Shown here: positions 12,330 through 24,480 of the stretch, piece by piece | Layout: every line of letters starts with the position of its first letter | How positions within the stretch are numbered: position 1 is the stretch's first letter | Source: Rhina ancylostomus | Taxonomy: Eukaryota | Length of the DNA: 64,000 nucleotides | Reading direction: 5' to 3' | Assembly: GCA_030265395.1 (NCBI GenBank) | Contig: JARFYF010000002.1 | Coordinates: 81,230,795 to 81,294,794 of the forward strand | Translations under genes and position numbers: made by a program | Notes under the pieces: generated by a model | What the model was told of the DNA's origin: nothing | What the model saw: the letters and a program-made list of their open reading frames with translations, nothing else | The model's database searches: none

Positions 12330-13520
12330 GACTGAATCACTACTGTAAATTGACACAAAGTTGTTCCTGCACTAAAGCCTGTGGGACCACTACCCATCTA
12401 TTCCAGTCTAAATAACCACTATCTGTTTTCTTGTTAACTTGGCCCTAACACCACATGCTCTAATTTTAGTTGAGTCTACCAACCAAATCCTTTTGAAGGC
12501 TTTTTGAAAATCCTAATATAGTACATTTATTTCCCTATCCTTGTTTACTCTTTCTGTTATTTCACCAAATAATTCAATAAGGTTCATTAATCCTGACCTT
12601 TCCTCTTGAAATATTTCCTATCTAGCATTTATTATATTGTCAGTTTCTTGATGGTTCTCTATTATAAATTTGAGTAAAGATTATGTCATTTTTCATACCA
12701 TTGATGTTAAGCTAACTGGTTTATATTTCATTGGATTTGCTCCATCTCCCATTTCAGATACAATTATAGCTCTATGATAACTATTTCCCAGATGCTTCCC
12801 AATGGTTACTTCTCTTATCCACTCTGCTTTACTTCCCATTATCTGATACAGCAGCGATTTCCCCTCCTACCTGGCTTTATACATACAGGATATGAAAGGA
12901 ATCCAGAGCACACTGTAAAAAAATTCCATTCGATTTTCCTTCATATTTATCTCTTCTTGCCAATTTATCAAATGGCCATTGAAATCTCCCACCGTGCCTT
13001 TTATTCGCTTCAGACGAAAAAGAAGCAGGAATGGACCATATGGCCTTCCAGCCTTTTCCACCATTCATCAAGATCATGGCTAATCTTCTACCTCAGCACT
13101 ATTTCTTGCACTATCTCCATATCCTTTGATTCCTTTAATATCCAGAAATTATTTATCTCTGATACTACATAATTCTTCATTCAGTTCTCCACTGTTAATG
13201 AGATGTATATAATACTCTTATTAACGCCATTGATCTCTTAACCTTTAAGAATAATGAGAATTCAGACACAAACTGCAAGGGGAGATTGGACCATATAAAC
13301 TTTAAAAAAAATTTTCTCAGAAAAATAAACATATTATGACCTTTAATGTATCTTTTAATTTTAGTGGCTCGAGTTTGTACCAAGTACTCTTTTACAATTA
13401 TGCTAGTTTCCCTGAACCTATATCCTCCATAGTCACCAATAGTCATACATTCCAGCACCACAGCCTTCCTATCATTTTCATCCCCACTAGCCTATACAGG
13501 AGCGGTATTTTCCAAGGGGG
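12330..13520 (-). mobile_element. Cluster of decayed CR1 fragments, including a 3' end at about 13018-13160
   Basis: KYKPVSLTS and DFQKAF relics on the minus strand; CR1 tail 'aggccatatggtccattcctgcttc'. Confidence 0.7.
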
Positions 13521-13764
13521 TCACATTTAAAATCCATGCCTTGGCACACCGGCTTGCTTTGCTCCATTTAACTTCACAATAACATCCTATTCTAAATTTG
13601 TAACTCAGAAACAGTTGTTGCAACCTCACTGTTTTTTTTAAGGGAAGAACAATCAAGGAACAGTAGATGTAGAACAGATAAATTTACTTCATCAATTGAA
13701 AAGAAAGAATAAAACATATCAACTTCGTATCATAATCAGAATTTACAAAAGCAATCCTTAAATT

Positions 13765-13947
13765 GGAGACACAAGAGATTGCAGATGCTGGAATCTGGAG
13801 CAACATTCAAAGCACTGGAATATGAAGGGAAATGGACAGTCGACACTCAGGTCAAGATGAAGGGTCTCAACCTGAAACGTCAACTGTCTATTTCCCTCCA
13901 CCGATGCTGCCTGACTTGTTGAGTTCCTCCAGCGCTTTATGTGTTGC
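13765..13947. mobile_element. Penelope-like terminal repeat, internally deleted inverted arrangement
   Basis: The left end is the reverse complement of 48785-48820. The right half carries 'gatgaagggtctcaacctgaaacgtcaactg...gatgctgcctgac..gagttcctccagc'. Confidence 0.7.
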
Positions 13948-14078
13948 ACTAAGTTGGATTTGTTTAAATGCATTGGTCTGAAATATATTCTGAAACCTGG
14001 ACTAACTTTCACAAAAAGTGACTATATATTTAATTCCTGCTTAAAGGAAATTGAACATGTAGGGCAGTTCGTACGTAC

Positions 14079-14196
14079 CAGGGCCAAGAGGAAGCGGACA
14101 ATGATGAAGCTGTAATAATCACTGGTGAACGCAACAGCAACTCCAAACACAAATTGAGCTATACTTGTGAACCATAGTATTGATCGTCGACCCAAT
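14079..14196 (-). CDS. SLC22A16: SLC22A16 coding exon 3 (LGRRSILWFTSIAQFVFGVAVAFTSDYYSFIIVRFLLAL)
   Basis: Hand-translated; not in the ORF track. 118 nt, acceptor GTCCAG|, donor CTG|GTACGT. Completes the MFS 'DRLGRR' motif; phase 2 to phase 0. Confidence 0.95.
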
Positions 14197-14984
14197 CTGG
14201 ACAGGTTTTAAAAAAAAGAAGTTCAGAATGGCAATTTCTAATATCTGAGACAATGAAATATAGCGGTAAACTTAATTTTTGCAGCTTCATAAATACATAT
14301 ATTATCTCTGGAAATTAATATTTATTGATTTATGTAGTTTTAGCACACTTGAACCAGCTTATACCAAAGTGGTTCCTACTAAAAACCATAATCAATTCAG
14401 GTAAGTGGTGGAGCTTGGCTATGTTCTCCTGAGCTGATACCCTCAGCTGGACTGAGCAGGTAAGGTGCTTTCCCATTGAACAAAAATTTGGAAGGAGATT
14501 TTTACCTCGAGACAGTATTATGCGATACTAATGACCATCTTAGAGCAGCATTGGTTGACATAAGGTCCAAGAGGTTATTAACTGTTCTCTGCATTGTAGA
14601 ATTTATGTGTGTCCTCCAAGAGGAGCACATTCAGAAAAAAAATTATAGGACAATTGAATATATGTAATGGACACTGGAGATGAACACGTGCAGGCAGCAT
14701 CTTTACAGATACTGTATATGTGGCATCTGAAATTCAAATTGCAAGTTCAAATGGTAAGTCCCAACAATACAACCTAGTATAAAAGTAAAACAATGTGCTG
14801 GTAGACAAACCAGTGTCTCAATGAAATATGGAGAATTATGACACATTGTTGACCTCTGATGCTTTGTCCATGCTTATTTTCATGGTAGTTATTTCATATT
14901 TCCTTATGATGGAGGGTATTTAGCCCCACAACTCAATGCTGGCTTTCAGAACAATCTCATCAATCCATCTCTATCTTGTTTTCT

Positions 14985-15375
14985 ATTAGTAATTCAGAGA
15001 GTTGGACTGTGTAGTCTGGGAAATTAGTTTGAATGCTGCCACGATAGCTGGAGAATTTAAATTCAATTAATTAACTATTCCATAATAAAAATTGGCAATA
15101 GTGTTGGTGACTATAGAACTACCAAAATCCTACCCAGGTCATAATGTCTTTTGGAGAAGGCAACATGCCATTCTTACACATTCTGGTGTATACATGACCT
15201 TAGACCCACATACCTAAGGACCTAACAAGCCTCTGAATTGCATCAGAATACTACATCACAACAGGGTAATTCCCTATGCATTACCACTTTCACTATGTAG
15301 GATTGTGGCACTTCAAAAGCCTGTATCACCAAAACCTTTTCAAGAACAACTGCGAACGAGCAATAAACAATGAGC
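14985..15375 (+). mobile_element. tRNA-type SINE, near full length, decayed
   Basis: Shares head and body with 8480-8645 and 58340/59330; ends in a LINE-like 'caataaa' tail. Confidence 0.65.
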
Positions 15376-15844
15376 TTACAATGGCCATAAATAGATAAAC
15401 AGACATTAAATGACACAAGGAGCCAAAGTCAAAAATGATCCAACTTTGGTTATTTTGGAAATATCAAAAAATATTGATTAAAATTCAGCTTAATACTTAT
15501 CAAAGTGAAGCATGGATCTTTTATTATTGGGCATTCACTTGTTGGTCTCGTCTACATTCTCCAAGCTAATGAGATTTAATAAAGCGTAAGAAATAAAATG
15601 TGGTATCACTTGAAAGAAGTGAGTCAGATTCCAGGTACTATTCCATATAATTATACAAGGATGAGATAACAACAGTTGGAAAATAACCTTTAAAGCTCAC
15701 CATGCAGAATCACTTTGATTCTGTATATTATGTTGGGTTTCAGTAGAGTCAGAAGTGAAATAGTAACATAGCAATTTTAGTTTTACCAAAAGATATGGCA
15801 GCAGTTAAGGAAGGCTTTTGGCAAGAATGCCATTTGAACACAAA

Positions 15845-17230
15845 AGCATTTGAAAGAGGAGCAGGAGGAGGCTATTCATCCCCTCAGACCTGCTCTTCTT
15901 TTCCATAATTTCTGCTTTTCCATAACCTCAATGTCACTTCCTTGCCTTATCTCCACATAACTTGAATCCTCTAATATCTAGAAACATAATCAGCCTCTGT
16001 TTTAAACAAAATCAGTTACTGATGCTCCACTCCACTCCCCTCCATTGACAATTCAAAGGAGTTATCAGCCTTTGCATGAAAAAAAATTCTTCTCAATGCC
16101 TATTCTTTATTATGAGATTGTGGCCCTTATTTCTGGACTCCTCAGCCGGGAGAAACACTCTCTCTGTATCTATACCAGAAAGCCCACCAGGAATTTTGTA
16201 CATTTCAATGACGTCACCTCTCATTCTTATAAACTTTAAAGAACAGAGTCCTAACCTACAAAATTTCTCTTCATATGGCAGACCTGTCATTGGAGAAACC
16301 AATCTGGTGAATCTTCAGTGCACTTTCTCTACAGGAAGTATATCCTTTTTTTGGTAAGGACACCCAAATTGTATACAATATTCCAGATGTGGTCTTACCA
16401 AGGCCTTATCTAATTGTACTAAGATATTTTTATTCTTGTAGTTTAATCCCTTGGCAGTAAAGAATAAAGTACTATTGGCCTTACTAAACCTGCATGCCAA
16501 GCTTTCAGTGTCTTGTGTACAATGACACCCAGGGCTGTTTGAACTTCAATATATCCTAATTTCTCACCTTTTAAAAAATACACAGGTTTTTTTTTCAACC
16601 ATACTGGATAACCTCACAATTATGCACATTGTACCATATCTGCCATATTATTACCCATTCACTCAGCGTATCTAAATCTCCTTGAAGCCACTTTTGGAAT
16701 ATTTGGAACCCAAGCAACAATCCCTGTGGTAACACACCAGACACAGCTGCCAACTTGAGGAGGAACAGCTTATTTCTCTTCTCTGTATTCCATCTATTAA
16801 ACAACTCTCAATCCACACTATTATATTAACTTCCTTTGTCTAATTTTGTTCAGCAGCCTCCTGTGTGGGACCATATTGAAAGTCTCCTGAAATCCAAGTA
16901 CATTATACTCACTGCTTTCCCTTATCTACCCTCCTAGATACATCCTCCAAGAACTCCAACAGATCAGTCAAACACAATTTCCCTTCAATTAATCCACATC
17001 AACTCTACTCAATCATATTATTGTTTTCTAAGTGTCTTAACATCATATTCTTTATTATAGATTTCAACATTTTCCCAACCACTCACAGATCAAGTAGTTT
17101 CTCATTTTCTCTCTCCCTACTTTCTTAAAAGGTGGATAACATTTGCTGCCCTCGAATCTGCAAGACCATTCCTGAATCTGTTGAATTCTAAAAGATGATA
17201 ACAAAGCTACCTCTTTCAAAACTCTGGATG
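15845..17230 (-). mobile_element. CR1 LINE ORF2 3' part, decayed
   Basis: SGVLPQG, LQGDLDTLSEW, LVRPHLEYCIQF and LPYEEKFCRLGLCSL..MRGDVIEMYKI in shifted frames. Confidence 0.9.
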
Positions 17231-19193
17231 AAATTTTTAATAATAAATTATTTCCTTCAAAAACATACTTAATCTAGCACACTTTCCCAGATTAAGTCAT
17301 TTTATTAATCAGTTTGGTACTGAGGAAACATTTTGAAAAGGGCATGTCTCCTTTCTCAGCCTGCCCTCTGGAACTTTTATCTTTATTGCTGGGTAGGCAT
17401 GTAAATGAGACTAGAAATGCACATGCCTGATTAGGCTAAAAATGTAGGTAGGAATTAATGTGTATGTGGGCTACATTAATTCTCAAATTCTCTCATTGGC
17501 AGGCTCCTTCACTAATGGCAGCACACCCACTGTAGATACTAAGCAGCCACTGGTGTCAGCTGTTGCCTGCTCCCAGACGAGTGTGATACTTAAATGCCAA
17601 TGTTCTCTCCTAACTGAAGTTCAAGCTCCACTGGCAATTTATAATTGGGAGACAGACAGATTTTGGAGAGAAAGCTTAAATTCAGTATTAGAAGCTAAAG
17701 TTTAAGTTTGGACAATGAGGTAAAATCTGGACTTTACACAGTCGCAGAGGTAAATTAATTGCAGATAAGAAGCTACTGCATACAAGGGAAAGAAAAAAAT
17801 ATATATATTTGGGGATGTCAGCTGAGAAGAACCTGTCCAGTTGGCTCTCATCTCATGAAAGTGTTCCAAACATTTTGGCTGACATTTTGTGAGACTGCTT
17901 TATTTGTATTGCCTTGTACTCTAATACATGTGATACTTTATCTACCAAAGTGGTAAAGTGCACCAAGCCTTGCATCTAAAATTTTCCAGCATGTTCCTAT
18001 CCCTTTACTTTGTATTGCCAGATCCCAATGCCACCACACATTTGATTCACCACTTTCAAACTCATTTCCAATGGAGGATAAGCTCATGACACAAATGCCT
18101 CAGTTACATGGCATTCGGAGAGTTGCAGATCTTAAGCTTTCTGCAGCTAGACCTCTCACGGGCAATGTAATCTTTATGATTCATATATGACAAATGGAGA
18201 GCAATGACTTAGACTTCATACAGACACAGTTACAGCTCCTCTGCCAATATAATACAAAGCCAAATCAGCTCAGTGACTACAAATCAGTCACATTTTCTCT
18301 TAACATGTGAAATGAATGCTATTTGAACTCTTGCTACAAGGCTTTTGAAAGTTGTGCTTTAAATTTACAGATGCACAATGCATCTGCAAGCAAATGGCAA
18401 GAAACTGCCAACATTCATCTCATTGCTGTTTTGGGATTTATTATGTGGATAATATTTGACGATATAATAGCTAATTTCTACAAAACATATTGTATATCAA
18501 GGACTTGNNNNNNNNNNNNNNNNNNNNNNNNNNNNNNNNNNNNNNNNNNNNNNNNNNNNNNNNNNNNNNNNNNNNNNNNNNNNNNNNNNNNNNNNNNNNN
18601 NNNNNNNGCTAATTTCTACAAAACATATGGTATATCAAGGACTTGGTTAGTATGGACAGGGTGGGCCAAAGAGCCTGTTTCTGTGCTGTAAGATTCTTAT
18701 GACTGGGATATTTCCAAGACCACCGAGATACCTTTTAAAGTTGGTGTCTGTGTGGACTTAGCACCAGACCTTACCAGGGAATACTTGATAATTTCATAGT
18801 ATATAGAAAGTAACTCAATTGAAACCTAACTGATAATGACCTGAGTACTCAAGACTTTTTCTTCCAGAAGTCAATTTTTTAAAGCAACCAATGGGGCTGG
18901 CAAACTGCACTGAAATGCTTCCACAGTGATTTCCCAAACAGAGCATCGGATAGATGGGATAGCAATAAATAAAAGGCTAATTGCTTTAAAACAGACAGCA
19001 GGGAAGAAGCCTTGCCCTTCTTGTACAGTTGATTGGTAAGGAAAAGCCTGGATGCAAATTACCCGTCTGTCAACTTTGTTGGAGGAAGGGTTTGTAGACC
19101 AAGAAATATGTGACTAAAAGAAAAAATAGAACATAAATTACAATTGGAACTTAAAAAAGAGTCACTAGAGTTAACAAGAACAGAAATACTTAC

Positions 19194-19667
19194 CTGTCTG
19201 CAATGTCTCCAAATACCACAGCACCAAGAAGGACTCCAAGCATAAAGATGGGCTGGGTAAGTTTGGCTAACCATGCCCTGTCACAGACCAGGTTCCACTC
19301 AGTCACAATGCTGTTTTCAATGTGGTTCTGATCATAGATAAAACCATCAGAGCAGGAATATTGTGACTTGTTGCCTTTAGAGTAATTCTCCAGCTCGAAA
19401 CTCCCGATTATTTTGAAGCGACTACATTGCTCTGTCTCCCAGATCTCTCCATTTTCCATTTTTGCAATAACACTGCGTGATCCTGGAATCCATAAGTTCC
19501 ACAGATCTCCTGGGTCGGCTGTAGTATTTGAAACAAGGATTGTGGTCACATTTCCAGGTAACTTGCATAAAAACTGTGGTGTTGCAGCGAGGAACACCGA
19601 TGCCAAATAGTGGATTCCACATGCTATAGTTTGGAAATTGACTAAGAAATAGACAGACGCTTGGAAT
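19194..19667 (-). CDS. SLC22A16: SLC22A16 coding exon 2 (FQASVYFLVNFQTIACGIHYLASVF...VTEWNLVCDRAWLAKLTQPIFMLGVLLGAVVFGDIAD[R])
   Basis: 474 nt between acceptor TTACAG| and donor AG|GTAAGT. Encodes TM1, the Cys-containing extracellular loop and the 'VTEWNLVCD' SLC22 signature. 'CGIHYLASVF' and 'NGEIWE' are characteristic of SLC22A16. Confidence 0.95.
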
Positions 19668-20059
19668 CTGTAAGACACAAAGATATTTGACTTAGGATAC
19701 TTAAGCGGTGCATCAAAATCTTCTGCATTTTTTAAATTACCAACTGTCCCATAAGATTATAAACTCAAAGAAAGGAAGTTAATAGCCAATTTATTTTAAT
19801 ATATCTTCCAATCATAACATATTTTGTAATCTTAAAATATCTGAACATTTACAATTCAAATACAATTTAAAAAAGAGATTCCTGATAAAACTAAAATTTT
19901 CTGATATGCAACTTAAGATCAGATTGCCATTAATCTTTAAATGCTACGGCGTGTGCAATTTTAGTAGTTACCAAACACAGATACTATGCAACACTTGTTT
20001 TAATATTTTCATTTAAATCAAAACTAACAAAGCCAAAACAAAAATTGTGCTATATTTAC

Positions 20060-20112
20060 CTTCCAAAGTGACCAAGTTTGTCGAAGAGCTTTTCCAGGGT
20101 CTGCGGTGCCAT
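20060..20112 (-). CDS. SLC22A16: SLC22A16 organic cation/carnitine transporter, coding exon 1 (MAPQTLEKLFDKLGHFG[R])
   Basis: ATG at 20112, 53 nt, donor AG|GTAAAT. It matches the SLC22 N-terminal 'xGxFGRFQ' motif, and phase 2 fits exon 2. Confidence 0.9.
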
Positions 20113-20588
20113 GGATATTAGTGGTACTTGCTGCCCTGCCTTTCCAGAAAGAGTGAGAATTTAAAAGGACGAAAGGTAATGAGAGACTTGGCATGAGGAC
20201 AGCGTAAGAAGATAAATAGGGAATGGAGCAACTTGGACTCCTCCCACAAACCAGTGCAGAAAAATACACATTGCGCATACAAGAGAAATAAACCTGTTAT
20301 TTTCTTTCAACATTCACTTTTTAAAGCATAAAATTGATAAAAATATTAAATGTTACCGTCAACGTACTGACCCTAAAATCTTACTTTTGCTTAAAGATGC
20401 ATCCATTCACCAGCAACACCCCTCCCTTCCCATCACCCACCACCCCTTCAATACAGTCCCATCACCACCCACCCACCGGTAACCTTGCTTATTCTCACCC
20501 TGGATCAAAATTCAAAGCCTGCTGAAGTGTAAAACAATGTCACATCAAACACATTATTTCTTTTGTTTCCCCCATCAGTTTTACTTAC

Positions 20589-20900
20589 CCTACATTTTAT
20601 CATCGGTACTTGAGGGTCCCGTCACATTTTGAACTTATCAACCTGATCTGAAAGCTGCATGACACAGTCATTGGAAAAAGTGTTACTTGACTTTTCATTG
20701 TTTTAGCACAGTACTGTAGGGGCACGACAGTTCTGTTCCAACAGCAGCTTCTTGTTACATTTAAAGCTGTTCTTATTCAATTACGCTTGTTTACTCTACA
20801 GAGGCTGCTGTGTGGTAACTTGTGTCCCCCAACATTAACCAACGATTACATTTTTTAAAGAACATTTTATTCTTTATTTTGAACTCTTAACCAACTTGGC
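20589..20900 (-). other. Candidate upstream (mostly untranslated) first exon of SLC22A16; 5' boundary unknown
   Basis: Consensus donor AGG|GTAAGT at 20589/20588. A pyrimidine tract plus AG acceptor lies just upstream of the coding ATG exon (exon start 20139). Confidence 0.4.
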
Positions 20901-20940
20901 TTGACTTGCACATGACATTTAGCTCTCTGTACATATTTGC

Positions 20941-20970
20941 ATTGGCAGTCTAAAAGGGCATCACGTGACC
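20941..20970. promoter_or_regulatory. Candidate promoter motifs: CCAAT box (minus strand) and palindromic E-box TCACGTGA
   Basis: ATTGG at 20941-20945 and TCACGTGA at 20961-20968, about 350 bp upstream of the candidate first donor. Motif match only. Confidence 0.3.
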
Positions 20971-22073
20971 TGTACTTTTTTACCCTAGTAGAAGCATTTT
21001 GCTTCATACCAGAGACAACACACAACTATGTGATATGTGATAAAATAAACAAATAATACAGCCTCCCTTTCCTGAATTTTTTAATGACTTAAATAGAAAC
21101 AGTTTAGAAAATATACACTCTGTATGCCTTCTGTTATACTGTGGATGAATCCCTTATGGATACTTTGGAGTACTTTCATTCTAATTTACTTCCTATCAGG
21201 TAAAATTTAACCACTAATAATAAACAACAGGTTGCTGGGATTCTCATTTACTATGTCTCCAGAATGCATCTCTAATGGGCAAATGCATCACCAAGAGATT
21301 TCCAACATCAACACTCTGCCTGGGTATGGATATCACATTCTAGAGTTATTTAAGGACTCATACATACTACAAATCAGCATTTAATCCTCCACTAAGCCAC
21401 GGTCCCTCCGCAAGAGCTGTTCAATTATGGATCCATTACACAAGGCAGTGGAGCTGCTCTTGCCTGATATTGACACCCAACATGATAGTTCTGAGTAGGC
21501 TGTTATAAGAATTAAGCTATATTTTTCTCACAGGGTAAAATACTACCACTTGCAACATAGTTCACTTGGACTTCTTTACTACTAGGGGTATACAGGTGCA
21601 CCACAGGATCAGTCTATGACAGACTGACACTGCACAGTTTCAGATTATTCAGTTAAATGTAATTCATGTAGGATATAAAAGTTTTTAAGTGATAATATGG
21701 TTATTCTTAGCTGTCTTATTTAACCCATTGGATTGCTTTTTAACATGGCCCATACAGCGCCCAACACTTTTAAACCAAGGTTTCATAAGGCTAAATTATG
21801 AATCTATTTCTGACAAAACTCTTGATGTCTTTTAAATTGAATCACCATTTCTGAGACAAATACTATAGCGATATGAACTTTTTACAGCTATAGCAAACAT
21901 TGGTTGAGCTTTGGTTTCTGTTTCCTGCCTTCTGAATACTGAAGTTTTATGAAGGATCGTATATCCAGATGTCNNNNNNNNNNNNNNNNNNNNNNNNNNN
22001 NNNNNNNNNNNNNNNNNNNNNNNNNNNNNNNNNNNNNNNNNNNNNNNNNNNNNNNNNNNNNNNNNNNNNNNNN

Positions 22074-22200
22074 GGGTTTCCTCCGGGTGCTCCAGTTTCC
22101 TCCCACATTTCAAAGACGTACGGGTTAGTAGGTTAACATGGGTGCAATTGGGTGGTGCGGTCTCGGGCTGGAAGGGCCTGTTACCCTGCTGTGTAAATAG
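22074..22200 (+). mobile_element. V-SINE (HE1-like) 3' part; 5' part lies in the gap
   Basis: V-domain core GGGTTTCCTCCGGGTGCTCCAGTTTCCTCCCACA followed by a CR1-like tail 'gggctggaagggcctgtt'. Confidence 0.85.
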
Positions 22201-22875
22201 AGTGGCCATGCAAGTGGATAAGGTGGTAAAGGAGGCGTATGACACACTTGTCTTCACTGGTAGGGGTGTTGAGTAGAAGAGTAAGGAAGTTGTGCTGCGG
22301 CTGTATAAAACTTTAGTCAGGCTGCACGTGGAGTATTGTGTACAACACAGTATTGTTCCACAGTCTCCACATCCTTCCTTCACAGGCTGGATGTCGAGAC
22401 TGTGGAAAGGCTGCAGAAGAGGTTCACCAGGATGCTGCCTGGATTCGAAGGTATGAGCTATAAGGAAAGGTTGAACAAACTTGAGTTGTTCTCCCTCAAG
22501 CATCAGAGGCTGAGGGGAGACCTGATGGAGGTTTTTAAAATTAAGAGGGAGTATAGCTAGTGCAGAGAATCAGAATTTCTACCCCTAAAGTAGAAATGTC
22601 AAACACCAGAGGACAAGGTTAGACAGGGGACATTTAAAGGTGACATGAGGGGCAAGGTTTATTACGCAGAGAGTGGTAGGTGCAGGAATGGGTCACCAGG
22701 GGTAGTAGTGGAAGCAGGCAGTTTGGTGAAGTTTTTAGATAGACACATGAATATGAAGGGAATGGAGGCATACGGAAAAGGACATTTAGTATAAATTTGC
22801 ATCAAGATGGGCACAACATCATTGGCTGAATGGCCTGTCCAGTGCTGTACTGTTCCATGTTCTATATTCTATGTT
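22200..22875 (+). mobile_element. CR1 LINE 3' fragment
   Basis: LYKTLVRLHVEYCVQ, ERLQKRFTRMLPG...LRGDLMEVFKI and the (ttctat)n tail. Confidence 0.9.
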
Positions 22876-22889
22876 ATTTGCCTTTGCAA

Positions 22890-23113
22890 GCAGCAACACT
22901 AGAGACCACTTTGCACTAAAGTGGGCTTTACTTTTTTGTTCTAATTATGTTTTCTTGTAAAAATTGTGTATAATTTATGTTTAATTTATGTTTTTCATGT
23001 GAATGCGGCTTATCTGATGCTCTGTGCCTGTGATGCTGCTGCAAGTAGGTTCTTTATTGCACCTGTGCACACATGCACTCGTGCAGATGACAATAAACTC
23101 GAGTTTGACTTTG
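22890..23113 (+). mobile_element. LINE 3' UTR remnant with terminal stem-loop (Rex1/Babar-like)
   Basis: TTTATTG(23053)...TGCAC..GTGCA...CAATAAA(23097) stem-loop followed by a (tttgac)n-like tail. The family is recalled from memory. Confidence 0.5.
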
Positions 23114-23664
23114 AGAGATAACAAGTACGACAACACCACTGAGCTATGTTCAGAACTATGAACAAACCCCTAGAAAAACAAGCTCTTTGCTTCTCACCTT
23201 ATTATCCTAAATTTAGAAAGTCAAATTAACATGTGAAAGCTGACAGCTGGTGTTGTTCACTTGTTTGCGATGTTGCTCAATCTGTGTTGCGCAGTAGACT
23301 TTGCTTTCAGATCTTCAGTTACCTTCCTCGAGACCCAACAGCCTATCAGCCCAAGGAAACTTGCCCTTCTCTTTTATCAGAAACTCTGTTCCCTTGCCTC
23401 TAACTCTCTGAGAAACAAAGTTGAGATATGAAGCTACGATTTCTTAAAAAGTTATCTTTGTTTGCTGTTCCTGCAAGTGTGCACATCTCCTTCAAGTCCT
23501 TTCAGGACATTGGACCTGCTGTTCCAACAACATGTTGTGCACGATGAAGTAAACTTGACAAAAATCCAATTTCATAAGCATTCACGGTTTTAAAACTTCC
23601 CAGCAATATTTCAGTAATGTCACGTCATTTTTAAAAATCTTCCCACAGTTTGCTAAAATTTATC

Positions 23665-23945
23665 TATCAGAAAATGCTGAAATATTCAGCAGGTCGGGAG
23701 ACAGAGAAATAGAGTTAATCTTTCAGCCTGGTGTTCCTTCATTCATCTTTGCTAAAGTTTATAACAGTTAGCTAAAGTTTTTTTTTGGAGAATTTAGAAG
23801 TTTCTGAACATTACAGAAGAATTTTAAACCTCCAGTAGTTCAAATGAAGAGTCTTGACCCAAAATGTTGACTGTCCTTTTCCCTCCACAGATGCTGCCTG
23901 ACCCAATAAGTTCCTCCATTTTGTGTGTTGGTACAGATTCCAACC
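23665..23945. mobile_element. Penelope-like terminal repeats in inverted arrangement, decayed
   Basis: 'tgaagagtcttgacccaaaatgttgactgtcc..ccacagatgctgcctgacc' at about 23844-23910 and a reverse-oriented relic at about 23670-23730. Confidence 0.6.
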
Positions 23946-23971
23946 GCTGCAGGCCAGCTGTGCGGGGTGGA

Positions 23972-24480
23972 CTAGAATTGGAATTAGTTTATTATTGTCA
24001 CTTGTACCGAGGTACAGTGAAAAACTTGCCTTGCATACCGTTCATACAGGTCAATTCATTACACGATGTGTTGAGGTAGTATAAGGGAAAACAACACGGA
24101 ATGCAGGGTAAAGTCACAGCTACAGAGAAAGTGCAGTGCAGATAGACAATAAGGTGCAAGGTTATAATGAGGTAAATTGTGAGGTCAAGAGTCCATCTTA
24201 TTTCATGAGGGAACCATTCAATAGTCTTATAACAGCAGGATAGAAGCTGTTCTTGAGCCTGGTGGTATGTACTTTTAGGCTTTTGTATCTTCTGCCTGAT
24301 GGGAGGGGGGAGAAGAGAGAATATCTGGGGTGGATGGGGTCTTTGATTACGCTATCTGCTTTACCAAGGCAGTGAGAAGTGTAGACAGACTCCATGGAGA
24401 GGTTGCTGGTTTCCGTGATATCCTGAGCTATGTCCACAACTCTGCAATTTCTTGCGGTCACAGGCAGAGCAGTTGCCATG
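23972..24480 (-). mobile_element. Rex1/Babar-type LINE 3' end
   Basis: LFSPLPSGRRYKSLKVHTTRLKNSFYPAVIRLLN C-terminus, then a 3' UTR ending 'tgacaataataaactaattccaattc'. Confidence 0.85.

Noticed and set aside
21832-22503. 223-aa minus-strand ORF
   Set aside because: It is antisense to the CR1 and V-SINE and spans an N gap.
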